From Acidobacteriota bacterium (GTDB lineage: Bacteria; Acidobacteriota; UBA6911; RPQK01; JAJDTT01): a DNA stretch of 64,000 nucleotides. Shown here piece after piece: positions 29,442 to 38,283 of this stretch. Under the pieces are notes generated by a model. The model did no database searches and was not told the DNA's origin. It worked only from the letters and a program-made list of their open reading frames with translations. The position numbers and the translations under genes are program-made. The DNA lies in NCBI GenBank assembly GCA_965217775.1, contig CBDCJH010000002.1:128001-192000 (forward strand). Direction: 5' to 3'. Every line of letters begins with the position of its first letter. The first letter of the stretch is position 1.

Positions 29442-31358
29442 GTGAAGGACCCGAACTATCGAGTGGCGCCGCCGGGCTTTACCCTGGAACAGTGGGAGGA
29501 GTTCCTGGAACGGGGAATGCTCATCTTCAGAAACGCCCTCTCCAAGGAGGAGGTGGACCGGTACCTCGAGGCCATCGATCGAGTCTGCGCTTCGGACCCG
29601 AACTACCGGCCCGGCCAGGACTATCGTGTCACCAACGCCGTGACGGCGGACCCGGTCCTGAGCGAGCTCATCGACCATCCCCGTCACGTGGGATACGGTT
29701 ACGATCTGTACGGCGAGCTGCTGAAGGCGCAGCGTTCGGACTTCTTTGTCCGGCCCCGGAACACGGACCGGAGCACGTGGCATCCCGACTCCCCCCGGCC
29801 CACACCCTATGCCACCTTCTCGCCCGTGCTTCCCTTGCGGCTCTGCATCGGCTACTGGCTGACCGACCTGCCGCACACCGGCATGGCCAACTTCATCTAC
29901 CTGCCGGGAAGCCACAAGAGTCCGGTGTTCGAGCACTACTACACGCACCAGAGCGTTCCCGGCGAGGAGGCTCTCTGCGTGCCCGCCGGGACCATCACCG
30001 TCATGCATTGCGGGACCTGGCATCGGGTGGACGTCAACCGGACCGACGTGGTGCGGAAGAACATCTTCATCAGCTACTGTCCGTCCTGGCTCTGGGAAGG
30101 AGACCGGCGGCAGTGCGACCCGGAGTGGATCGCCACCCTGAACCGGGAGCAGAGAATCATCATGCGCAGCTTCCCGGAGGCGCATGACCGGACCAATCCT
30201 CAGGCGGAGGACATCCCGCTGTTCCTGAGCCGGGAGACCGGAACCGACTCCGACCCGGACGCCGATACCAGGATTCCGTTGCGTATCCGGAGGCGGCGCA
30301 CGATGCCGGAGAAGATTGGGTTCCGGAACGAACTGGAGCCCGATTCACCCCCCTCCGGCAACGGCCCTACGATCCCGACCATCCCCCGGAATATCGAGCC
30401 GGCGTTTCCCGTCGACCTCCCCCTGAGCCAGGTCCCGGGGAAGTTTCGAGAGCTCATCGGCCTGGACCACATTCCCGAGCGCGTCGCTTTCACCCTCCGG
30501 GAGGTGGGAGACGAGGAGCAGGAGGAAGGGCTGTGGGAGAGCCGTATCACCTTCCCCAACTATCTGGGAGAGGTGATCTCCGCCAGGTTCATCCGTCCGC
30601 GGGAACCGTCAGGCCCACTGGCCGGTCTGGTCTGCATGAACGGCACGGGCAGCACCGCCGACCAGGTCGCCCACGAACGCTACCATCGGCCCCGGCCCGA
30701 CGGCGGTCCGCTTTTTGGCTGGGGACGGGAACTGGCCCGCCGCGGTTACGCCATGTTGACCTTCACTCCCAAGGGCGCCGAGACGCGGCGAATCACCCTG
30801 GGGCGTTGGGAGGAAGAGAACCGGAGGCTGATCCCCTACGGCCGTTCCCAGATCGGTGTCATCGCCGACGAGGTGCTTCGAGCGGCCCGGGTACTGGGGG
30901 CCCTGGAGGGAGTCGACGCCGGCCGCATCGGGTTGGCCGGCATGTCGCTGGGTGGATGGGCCACTTGGCTGGGCATGGCGCTGGGAGACTGGATCCGGAC
31001 CGGCGCCTCCGTTTGCGGCGGGTTGGGGAGCCTGCGCATCAACATCCACGACGGCATGCCCGAACGCCACAGTTCGTTTGCCTACCTCCCCCACATGCTC
31101 CGCTATTTCGAGCATTGGGACATCGTGAACAGTTGCATCGCCCCGCGTCCCTTCATGATGTTGGCGCCCGCCGAAGACGAAGACATGCCCAAGGCCGGAG
31201 TCGACCGCTTGATCCAAGAGGTCGAACCCGTTTACGCCGCGGCCGGAAAGCCGGATCACTTCAAGGTCTACCAGCCCCCGGGCCGGCACGTCTTCAGGCT
31301 GGAGTACTTCGAGCTGGTGTGCCGGTGGTTCGACCGGTTCCTGGGAAGCCGGCCCTGA
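29442..31358 (+). CDS. Fusion of phytanoyl-CoA dioxygenase-like domain and alpha/beta hydrolase
   Basis: WHPD...WHR Fe(II)/2OG triad; Pro-rich linker; GMSLGG nucleophile elbow, DEDMP, PGRH. Confidence 0.82.
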   Translation: MKDPNYRVAPPGFTLEQWEEFLERGMLIFRNALSKEEVDRYLEAIDRVCASDPNYRPGQDYRVTNAVTADPVLSELIDHPRHVGYGYDLYGELLKAQRSDFFVRPRNTDRSTWHPDSPRPTPYATFSPVLPLRLCIGYWLTDLPHTGMANFIYLPGSHKSPVFEHYYTHQSVPGEEALCVPAGTITVMHCGTWHRVDVNRTDVVRKNIFISYCPSWLWEGDRRQCDPEWIATLNREQRIIMRSFPEAHDRTNPQAEDIPLFLSRETGTDSDPDADTRIPLRIRRRRTMPEKIGFRNELEPDSPPSGNGPTIPTIPRNIEPAFPVDLPLSQVPGKFRELIGLDHIPERVAFTLREVGDEEQEEGLWESRITFPNYLGEVISARFIRPREPSGPLAGLVCMNGTGSTADQVAHERYHRPRPDGGPLFGWGRELARRGYAMLTFTPKGAETRRITLGRWEEENRRLIPYGRSQIGVIADEVLRAARVLGALEGVDAGRIGLAGMSLGGWATWLGMALGDWIRTGASVCGGLGSLRINIHDGMPERHSSFAYLPHMLRYFEHWDIVNSCIAPRPFMMLAPAEDEDMPKAGVDRLIQEVEPVYAAAGKPDHFKVYQPPGRHVFRLEYFELVCRWFDRFLGSRP

Positions 31359-31363
31359 CTTCC

Positions 31364-32536
31364 TCAATACACGTCCGGCGCTCCCAGGCTGGATCCCCCT
31401 TCGCCGATCGTGTGTTCCCGGACGTAGTCGAAGTCGATGTCGTCCCCCAGGCCGGGACGCTCGGGAACCTGGACGCAGCCGTCCGCGTCAATCGGATCGT
31501 ATAAGGTCTTCTGCCACGGAAAGGGGAGGTAGCGTTCGATCATGGGATGGAGCAGTCCCCACTCGTAGAACCAGCCGTTGTCCATGGTGCAGAGGACGTG
31601 CATGTTGTGCGGGCCGCCCCCATGCACCTCCATCCGGAGGTTGAAGGCCTGGGCCAGGTGGATCAGCTTCAGGATCGGCGTGATGCCCCCCACTTCGCCG
31701 GTGCCGCCCCGCAGCATGTCGGAGGCTCCGTTCACCACCCATTCCGCCCGGGACTGGTAACTGCCCTCCAGGTTTTCCGGTCCCAGCACCGCCATGTCCA
31801 ACTTGCTGTTGAGCCAGACGTAGGAGGACATGCTGTACTCGTTCATGGGTTCTTCGATCCAGAGAAAACCCAATTTCTCGATCTCCTTGGAGAGGTGGAG
31901 CGCCTCGATCCGGTCGTAGTGGTGATGGGGGTCCAGCATGAGCGTGATATCCGGCCCGACGGCTTCGCGGACGGCGGCACAGGCGGCCACGTCCCGCTTG
32001 ACGTCCGGTGAGCCGGGGACGGGCGGCATCCAGGTGTGCAGTTTGATGGCCTTGAAGCCGTCCCGCACCAACTCCTCCGAGAATTGCGCGTACTCCTGCG
32101 GCGTGCTGAGACCCTCCGGGATGTCGTCGCCGGGATTGATGCTGGCGTAGGCCGGTATCCGGGTTCGCGCAGCGCCGATCATCTTGTACACGGGGATCTG
32201 CAGACAACGTCCGGCCAAGTCCCAGAGGGCGCAGTCCACGTGGGAGATCACCATGTCGGGCAGCGAGTTGGTGAGTTTCTGCATGCGCCGCATCCGTTGC
32301 CAGATCTGCTCCCGGAAGAAGGGGTCCTGACCCAGAAGGGCCGGCTTGATCCAGGAATCCACGATCTCCTGGGAAGGTCCGGCAAAAAAATAGCCCTCGG
32401 CTCCCTCGTCGGTCCGGATCGTCAGCAGGTTGTTGATGGCCCAGTGCTCGGGTCCGGGATGAGGGTGGCCCTCGTAGTCTCTGTGCCACTGGGTCCGGTA
32501 GCGGAAGGTGTCCACCCTGATGTCTGAGATCTTCAT
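31364..32536 (-). CDS. Mandelate racemase/muconate lactonizing enzyme family protein
   Basis: 'VDCALWDLAG', KAIKLH, LMLD, WIEEP, GPE, 'VPERPGLG'. Confidence 0.92.
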   Translation of the reverse strand: MKISDIRVDTFRYRTQWHRDYEGHPHPGPEHWAINNLLTIRTDEGAEGYFFAGPSQEIVDSWIKPALLGQDPFFREQIWQRMRRMQKLTNSLPDMVISHVDCALWDLAGRCLQIPVYKMIGAARTRIPAYASINPGDDIPEGLSTPQEYAQFSEELVRDGFKAIKLHTWMPPVPGSPDVKRDVAACAAVREAVGPDITLMLDPHHHYDRIEALHLSKEIEKLGFLWIEEPMNEYSMSSYVWLNSKLDMAVLGPENLEGSYQSRAEWVVNGASDMLRGGTGEVGGITPILKLIHLAQAFNLRMEVHGGGPHNMHVLCTMDNGWFYEWGLLHPMIERYLPFPWQKTLYDPIDADGCVQVPERPGLGDDIDFDYVREHTIGEGGSSLGAPDVY

Positions 32537-32609
32537 TTCTCAACTCCTGGTTGGGGCGCCGGTCCGGGATGAGCCGGCAATTCTCTCTAGTGGTGCTTAA
32601 ACGAAATAG

Positions 32610-34052
32610 TCAGGGGCGAAATCGAAACGCATAGATGCTCGCGTCCCGCAGGCGCACCCGCAACCGGACGGGTTTGCCGGAAAGGCCTGCGAGGTCGGGG
32701 TTGGACTTCCATTGCACCACGCCGTCGATCCGGTCGCCGACCATGGGGGCGCAATCCTCCAACTGGAATCCCTCCAGCTTCCCCCCTTCAGCATCCTGGA
32801 TTTCGACCTGTATGGAGCCTCCGCCGCTGGTCTTGTAGTTCAGCTCCAGTTCCTTTCCCTGGAAGAGAAGCGGCCGGATGGTGAATTCTCCCCAGCCTTC
32901 GTAGGGGCCGTCCACCGAAACGAAGCCCTCGGCGCGAAGTGTGCAGCGCCGAATCCGGCTTTCCCGTTCCCGGAAGAGATCCGAGTAATAGAGCGAGAGC
33001 TCTCCGGGCCCGGTCTGGATCACGCCCTGTCCCACGATGGGATTGCGGTCCAGCCAGTTGCGCTCGTCCGGTCCCGGGGTGAGGAAGGGCTCCCGGTAAT
33101 TCCTCTCCCATTGGAGGCCGTCCCGGCTGTACGCGAACCGCACGTCGGAGAGGCCAGGATAGGGCGCCCCCGGGTAGGAACGGTCGGTGTACAGGATCAT
33201 GGGAAACATGAAGAATGCGGAAGCGGCCCGGGAATACTTGACGGCGGCGTTGGTGTAGAGGTGGAAGTCGGGAGGGTCCTGCTCGTCGGCGGTGAAGACC
33301 AGCTTCGGTTCGGTCCAGTGGAGAAAGTCGGAGGACTCGGACCGCCGGATGGCCCGGCGGCCGCCTTTGAACGGCCCGGGCACCGACGGATCGACCCCCC
33401 TGAGGTAGATGACGTACCGCTCCCGCTCGTCGTCCCAGAGCAGGATGTTGTGGCTGTCGAAGGGACCGTTGGACAACAGGGGGTTGGTCGCCACCGGAGT
33501 CCATCGGATCCCGTCGGGTGAGGCGAACCCGGAGATGCCGTCGACCCGGGAGATCATCTTGTAGCGGGTCCCACTGCCCGCTTCCCGATTCGGGTCCAGC
33601 AGGACGCTGATGTTGGTGAAGTCCTCCGGCGGCCCCAGGATATTGTTGTCCGTGGAACCCTCGAATTCATATCGCCCCAGACTCGGTTTCTCCCAGACGA
33701 TCCCGTCCCGGCTCTCAGCGTAACAGGTCAGCACCGTGTCCTCGGGTAAGTCCTCGCGAGGGTCCCCCAGGGCGACCCGGTACCACATGCGAAACGTCCC
33801 GCCGTCATCCACCACCGTGGTGTAGTGGAGGCTCTTTCCCTCCCAGGGACGATCGCACCGAATCACGGTCTCTCCGGGCGTGGGCCGGTGCAGGGTCAAT
33901 ACCACGTTGTCGCTGTGGTCGAACCAGGAGGCGTCCAGCAGCAACTGCCGCCTGCTCCCCACGTCGAGCGGCTCGCGGACTTCCGGAGGCGAGGTGCAGG
34001 CAGAAGGCGCCAGCAGACCGCACAGGAGCAGCAATTTCCAAACGTCTCGCAT
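32610..34052 (-). CDS. Putative beta-propeller glycoside hydrolase-like lipoprotein
   Basis: Lipobox PSAC; repeated Asp-box-like SxDGxxW motifs; C-terminal 'GKPVRLRVRLRDASIYAFRF'. Confidence 0.7.
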   Translation of the reverse strand: MRDVWKLLLLCGLLAPSACTSPPEVREPLDVGSRRQLLLDASWFDHSDNVVLTLHRPTPGETVIRCDRPWEGKSLHYTTVVDDGGTFRMWYRVALGDPREDLPEDTVLTCYAESRDGIVWEKPSLGRYEFEGSTDNNILGPPEDFTNISVLLDPNREAGSGTRYKMISRVDGISGFASPDGIRWTPVATNPLLSNGPFDSHNILLWDDERERYVIYLRGVDPSVPGPFKGGRRAIRRSESSDFLHWTEPKLVFTADEQDPPDFHLYTNAAVKYSRAASAFFMFPMILYTDRSYPGAPYPGLSDVRFAYSRDGLQWERNYREPFLTPGPDERNWLDRNPIVGQGVIQTGPGELSLYYSDLFRERESRIRRCTLRAEGFVSVDGPYEGWGEFTIRPLLFQGKELELNYKTSGGGSIQVEIQDAEGGKLEGFQLEDCAPMVGDRIDGVVQWKSNPDLAGLSGKPVRLRVRLRDASIYAFRFRP

Positions 34053-34180
34053 GCTGTCAACCCTCCACGCCGGAGCGCCAAGTCTACTACGTCCGGGCGC
34101 AGAAAATGCAGGGCAATGGTCCATCCGCAAGACTACGGGGCTTGCGGATAGCCAAGTCGGATGCGGACAATGAACCGGAC

Positions 34181-35386
34181 ATGGAAGAGACTGTTCCAGA
34201 CCGCGGCGAAAGCGTCGGCTTGATGGAGCCGCTGCTCGTCAGCGACACGGCCAGGCACCGTTCCGGCCTGGGCGACCTCGCCGTCGATCTGGCTGCAAAA
34301 GCGGCCGGGCTGCGGCACAGTCTGCCAAGGGGAGTCGTCAGTTCGCTGGCCGATCTGGTGCGGGCAGTGAATTGCCATTACAGCAACTTGATCGAAGGTC
34401 ACGACACCCCTCCGGTCGACATCGAGCGTGCCCTCAACGATGACTACAGCACGGACCCGAAAAGGCACAATCTGCAACTTGAGGCCAAGGCGCACATTGC
34501 CGTGCAGACCTGGATCGATGAGGGCGGAGTCGACGGTCATGCCGTGACGGCAGAGGCCTTGCGCCAGATTCACAGACGGTTCTGCGACCTCGTTCCGGAT
34601 GATCTGCTTGGGCTGACCGAACCGCAATCCGGAGACCGGACCCGGTGCATTTCGGGGGAGTTCCGCACGCGGGACGTGCAAGTTGGCCGACATGTTCCAA
34701 TCAGCCCGGGCGCGATTCCGCGCTTCCTGGCCCGATTCGAGAGCGCCTACGCCAACCTGGGCAGGACCGACGCCATTCTGGCGGCCGCAACGGCCCATCA
34801 CCGCGTGCTCTGGATTCACCCGTTTCTTGATGGCAACGGCAGAGTCGCGCGGTTGATGTCCCATGCCGTGTTGCGTGAAACGCTGGATACCGGAGGCGTC
34901 TGGTCCGTGGCACGAGGCCTGGCCCGGAGTGAGGGCGCTTACAAGGCACATCTTTCCGCCTGCGACCAGTCCCGCCGCAACGACCTGGATGGACGAGGCC
35001 ATTTGAGTGAGGAGGCGCTGGCGGAATTCACGTCATTCTTCCTGACCACTTGCATCGATCAGGTCGAATTCATGGAGAGACTCATCCAACCGAACCGGCT
35101 GCGGGACCGTATCCTGGTCTGGGCTGAAGAAGGGGTCCGTGGGGAACGGCTGCCCCGGCACGCAGGCGCCGTGCTCGAGGCGGTCCTCATTCGGGGTGAA
35201 CTTCCCCGGGGCCAGGTGGGAAGGATCCTGGGCGTCGGCCGCCGCCAGGCCCGGCGGATCACCTCAGCCTTGCTCGACCGCGGCGTCTTGACCTCTGCAA
35301 ACACCCGCGCTCCATTCAGACTCGCTTTTCCGGCCACCCTCGCCCACCGCTGGATGCCGGGGCTGTTTCCGGAGAGGATGCTGTAA
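34181..35386 (+). CDS. Fic family protein (class II) with C-terminal HTH
   Basis: HPFLDGNGRVAR Fic motif; N-terminal SNLIEG inhibitory motif. Confidence 0.93.
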   Translation: MEETVPDRGESVGLMEPLLVSDTARHRSGLGDLAVDLAAKAAGLRHSLPRGVVSSLADLVRAVNCHYSNLIEGHDTPPVDIERALNDDYSTDPKRHNLQLEAKAHIAVQTWIDEGGVDGHAVTAEALRQIHRRFCDLVPDDLLGLTEPQSGDRTRCISGEFRTRDVQVGRHVPISPGAIPRFLARFESAYANLGRTDAILAAATAHHRVLWIHPFLDGNGRVARLMSHAVLRETLDTGGVWSVARGLARSEGAYKAHLSACDQSRRNDLDGRGHLSEEALAEFTSFFLTTCIDQVEFMERLIQPNRLRDRILVWAEEGVRGERLPRHAGAVLEAVLIRGELPRGQVGRILGVGRRQARRITSALLDRGVLTSANTRAPFRLAFPATLAHRWMPGLFPERML

Positions 35387-35511
35387 CGGCGCTGTCGCTG
35401 AGGGCAATCCAACCCCGGGGTGAACTCGCGAGACGCTCGGTCCCGTTCCTGACTGCCAAGCCCGCTCCGATCGAGTTCGGGGTCTTTGGCGAAGGATTCG
35501 ATACCGGAGTG

Positions 35512-35710
35512 TCACGATTTCTCCATCGGTGTGTCCCAAAGTAGTCGAATCGGCACGACATAGAGCCGTTCACCAAACCGGGTGCACATCTCTCCGTCGT
35601 AGACGACCACACCTCCGGTGAAACGACTGCCCATTACCGCTTTCAGCTTGCGGAGGCCTCGGAAGTCTGCTCGGGTGACGGTTGCACCGGCCTTGATTTC
35701 CACTCCCGCA
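35512..35710 (-). pseudogene. 3' remnant of AAA-ATPase/DUF4143 protein
   Basis: 'GVEIKAGATVTRADFRGLRKL...GGVVVYDGE...RLYVVPIRLLW' is the PD-(D/E)xK-like C-terminus; the upstream part is missing. Confidence 0.8.
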
Positions 35711-35719
35711 CGCGCACGC

Positions 35720-35745
35720 AAGAAGGGGACAGTCTATTTCTACCC
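35720..35745 (+). repeat. Junction motif copy A
   Basis: aagaaggggacagtctatttctaccc. Confidence 0.85.
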
Positions 35746-35784
35746 GGACATTCCTACCGCGCAGACTCCAGGTAAGTGCCGTGG

Positions 35785-36117
35785 TCACGCCTCGTCTGTA
35801 TGGACGCCTGTGTCAATTGGTCTCATGACATGCGTCCCTGGGGCGATCGGCAATTCACGTACGACCGCCCCGATACGCCGGGCAGTGACAGCGAGATCGA
35901 ATTGGGTCTGGAGGTTTAGCCAGAATTGGGGATCGACTCCAAACCAGTGACCAAAACGTAGGGCCGTGTCACCGGTCACGGAACGCTTGCCAGAGATGAT
36001 CTGACTAATTCGGTTGGGCGGCACCTTGATTTGGCGAGCGAATGACGTAGGCGTCACACCAAATTCGGCGAGTTCGTCTTTCAGAATCTCACCGGGATGA
36101 ACGACACGCTTCAACAT
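35785..36117 (-). CDS. higA: HigA antitoxin
   Basis: 'HPGEILKDEL...PNRISQII.GKRSVTGDTALRFGHWFG...FWLNLQ'. Confidence 0.93.
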   Translation of the reverse strand: MLKRVVHPGEILKDELAEFGVTPTSFARQIKVPPNRISQIISGKRSVTGDTALRFGHWFGVDPQFWLNLQTQFDLAVTARRIGAVVRELPIAPGTHVMRPIDTGVHTDEA

Positions 36118-36137
36118 GTCTCACTTCCTCCTAGCTG

Positions 36138-36422
36138 CTAGTGATAGTCCACTATCTCGACATCGGTTGGACCCGGCACCCCGTCCGGCCACGTGAAGCA
36201 GATGCGCCATTTCCGATTAATCCTAATGGAATATTGACTGTCTCTCGTGCCTTTGAGGGCCTTGAGGCGATTGCTCCGCAAAGCTCTCAAGGTGTCCAGC
36301 GACGGTGCTGCGTTCAAGATTGAGAGTCGTTTCGCTGCCTGTTTTTCAAACCCATGAAAAGCCGCGACAAAAGCTCCACGGGCGAACTGCTCGGTTCTCC
36401 GATCCTGGTATCCGAGAATCAC
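36138..36422 (-). CDS. higB: HigB (RelE/ParE-type) toxin
   Basis: 'NRLKALKG...QYSIRINRKWRICFTW...VEIVDYH'; directly upstream of higA. Confidence 0.92.
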   Translation of the reverse strand: MILGYQDRRTEQFARGAFVAAFHGFEKQAAKRLSILNAAPSLDTLRALRSNRLKALKGTRDSQYSIRINRKWRICFTWPDGVPGPTDVEIVDYH

Positions 36423-36444
36423 AGCGGGTCCAGGGTATCCATTG

Positions 36445-36461
36445 TTGACGATGGACGTCAA
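36445..36461. promoter_or_regulatory. Putative HigA operator
   Basis: TTGACG-N5-CGTCAA inverted repeat just upstream of higB. Confidence 0.55.
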
Positions 36462-36492
36462 GCGTCAATGGACTAGTCGAAAGACGAGAGAC

Positions 36493-36517
36493 AAGAAGGG
36501 GATAGTCTATTTCTCCC
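36493..36517 (+). repeat. Junction motif copy B
   Basis: aagaaggggatagtctatttctccc. Confidence 0.85.
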
Positions 36518-36557
36518 GGTCGGTCATCCGAGGTGGACGCAGCATTGGCAAAATTTA

Positions 36558-36667
36558 GACTGCCGTCGCCGCTGGGGCAATGGTGGTGAAGGGAAAAGCC
36601 TGAATGACCCGGTCTAACGTGCCGGGCTTCGGATGGGAGGTGAGCGAATAAAAGATGGACGCCGCCA
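36558..36667 (-). pseudogene. Internal fragment homologous to the membrane-protein gene at 40282-40569
   Basis: Translates LAASIFYSLTSHPKPGTLDRVIQAFPFTTIAPAATAV*, versus LAASIFYSLTSHPKPGTLDQVIQALIFTAIGQAATAA at 40402-40511. Confidence 0.88.
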
Positions 36668-36670
36668 CGC

Positions 36671-36695
36671 GAGAAAGGGACAGTCTACTTCTCCC
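36671..36695 (+). repeat. Junction motif copy C
   Basis: gagaaagggacagtctacttctccc. Confidence 0.9.
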
Positions 36696-36749
36696 GGTCT
36701 ACGAGGCGAAGCGGGTTCCAGGTCGTCTCGCGGGGCGCGAGAGGTGGCA

Positions 36750-37136
36750 TTACCAGATGCGGTTGACGCCGTACCGGTCGAAAAGCGTCTCGATCGACAC
36801 GAGAGGCAGGTCCAAGGTCAAGGCTTGCGCGATCAACATGCGGTCGAAGGGATCGCGATGCGGACCCGGCAGCCGCCCGGCGCGTTGTCCGTCATGGACG
36901 GTGATCGGCAGCTCTTGGAACCCTTGGCTCGCGATGCAGCCGGCCATGTCGAGCGCCGCGGCTTCGGCTCCCGGGAGTTTTCCGAGGCGATACTTCGTAG
37001 CGATCTCCCAGGCGGACGCGGCGCTGATGAGGATATCGTTCCCGGGTTCGGCGATGGTGCCGTGGGCAGCCGCGGACAAACGTTCGCTGCCGCCCAACCA
37101 CCATAGGAAGACATGGGTGTCGAGCAGAATGCGCAC
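36750..37136 (-). CDS. vapC: VapC PIN-domain toxin
   Basis: 'LLDTHVFLWW', 'SAASAWEIATK', 'HRDPFDRMLIAQA'. Confidence 0.94.
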   Translation of the reverse strand: MRILLDTHVFLWWLGGSERLSAAAHGTIAEPGNDILISAASAWEIATKYRLGKLPGAEAAALDMAGCIASQGFQELPITVHDGQRAGRLPGPHRDPFDRMLIAQALTLDLPLVSIETLFDRYGVNRIW

Positions 37137-37141
37137 CTGGA

Positions 37142-37375
37142 TTACGACTCCCAGGCCGCCAGTTCGGCCTCCGGTAGCGGCTCGAAGAACCTGTCGTCGA
37201 CCACAACTCGGCCCTTCATGGCGCCGAACCGCCGGACACCTCGACTGTTCCCATAACGGACCAACCTCGCAATCGGTGTACCGTTGCGAGCAATCACGAC
37301 CTCTTCACCGGCCTCAACTCGCGCCAGCAGCCGGGAGAGATGGGTCTTGGCCTCATGTACGTTGACGACTGACAT
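37142..37375 (-). CDS. Phd/YefM-family antitoxin
   Basis: 'VNVHEAKTHLSRLLARVEAGEEVVIARNGTPIARL'; AAGGAG RBS. Confidence 0.94.
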   Translation of the reverse strand: MSVVNVHEAKTHLSRLLARVEAGEEVVIARNGTPIARLVRYGNSRGVRRFGAMKGRVVVDDRFFEPLPEAELAAWES

Positions 37376-37417
37376 GGTCGGACTCCTTTGACAACAGCCT
37401 CAGCTTTGGTTTAGCTA

Positions 37418-37448
37418 ATTGTATGACTAAGCAGTCGGCTCGCGTCAA
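37418..37448 (-). promoter_or_regulatory. Putative promoter of the Phd-VapC operon
   Basis: Minus strand TTGACG (37448-37443) and TACAAT (37423-37418), 19-nt spacer; TTAG/CTAA inverted boxes overlap the -10. Confidence 0.45.
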
Positions 37449-37500
37449 GCTCTTGGAGCGATTTCCCCGCCCCTTCCGGCAGCTTCCCTGGCAGAAGGGC

Positions 37501-37525
37501 GAGAAAGGGACAGTCTACTTCTCCC
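37501..37525 (+). repeat. Junction motif copy D (identical to C)
   Basis: gagaaagggacagtctacttctccc. Confidence 0.9.
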
Positions 37526-37547
37526 ATGCTTGAAGGTCGGCGATCTC

Positions 37548-37846
37548 AATGTCCGCAAGCGGCTGCTGATCCATGTATGCGGTTTCAACCTGGGGTTGCT
37601 GATGCGCCACCTGACGGGGGTCGGCACGCCCCGGAGTCCCCAGGGCCGCGTCTGGGCGCGTCCTTTTACGGTTTTTTGGACCCCAAGGGGCCGTTGGATC
37701 GGCTGGAATCGCCTACTGGGGCGCTTCTGGGCGTCGACCCGGCACGATTCGCTGTTTTGGGCTCCCGGAGTCCATCACTAGGCCATCTCAACGTCAGCGT
37801 TCGAAAAGAATATTAACCCGCGAAATCAGGATATTTCCACGGGCTG
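37548..37846 (+). mobile_element. 3' remnant of an IS1182-like element (transposase tail plus right end)
   Basis: 'NVRKRLLIHVCGFNLGLLMRHLTGVGTPR' resembles IS1182-type DDE transposase C-termini; followed by atttccacgggctg ending at 37846. Confidence 0.7.
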
Positions 37847-38283
37847 GTAGCCAGTCCAGTAGTTCCAAAATCGGGTAGTGTACCAGTTTGGGGCAGTCAG
37901 TCCATAAGTCCAACGGCCCCGTTCCGCATCCTCCATCCGCTAGTCTCCTGCCTGTTACTCCCAAATAAATGTCGTCACACTTATTCTAGACGACGATCGA
38001 CAGATCGGCTATGCGCCTAGCAGACTTCCCATTCATGATAACAACCTCCGTCTTTTTCACGAACCCAAACGGAGGAGTTTTCAGACACATCCTGAGCTGC
38101 ATGGTGTGCCGCTTCTATGTGTGGTCCTCTGCGTTCTCAAACTCTTCTGGCTAAATGTCATGTCCACCAAATCATGAGCGCAACAACTTTGTGTTGATCG
38201 GTGTTCTTGGACCAGATGACGGTGATGGTCAACTCCAAAGCCACGGAAAGCGCTACGGATGGGCCGTTGTTGCGAGGGGGTAA

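Noticed and set aside
32587-32612. CTAGTGGTGCTTAAACGAAATAG as a possible IS-end scar
   Set aside because: No partner inverted repeat or second copy in the window.
35720-37525. CRISPR array interpretation of the 25-bp repeats
   Set aside because: Spacers are about 150-800 bp, irregular and contain whole genes; no cas genes or leader.
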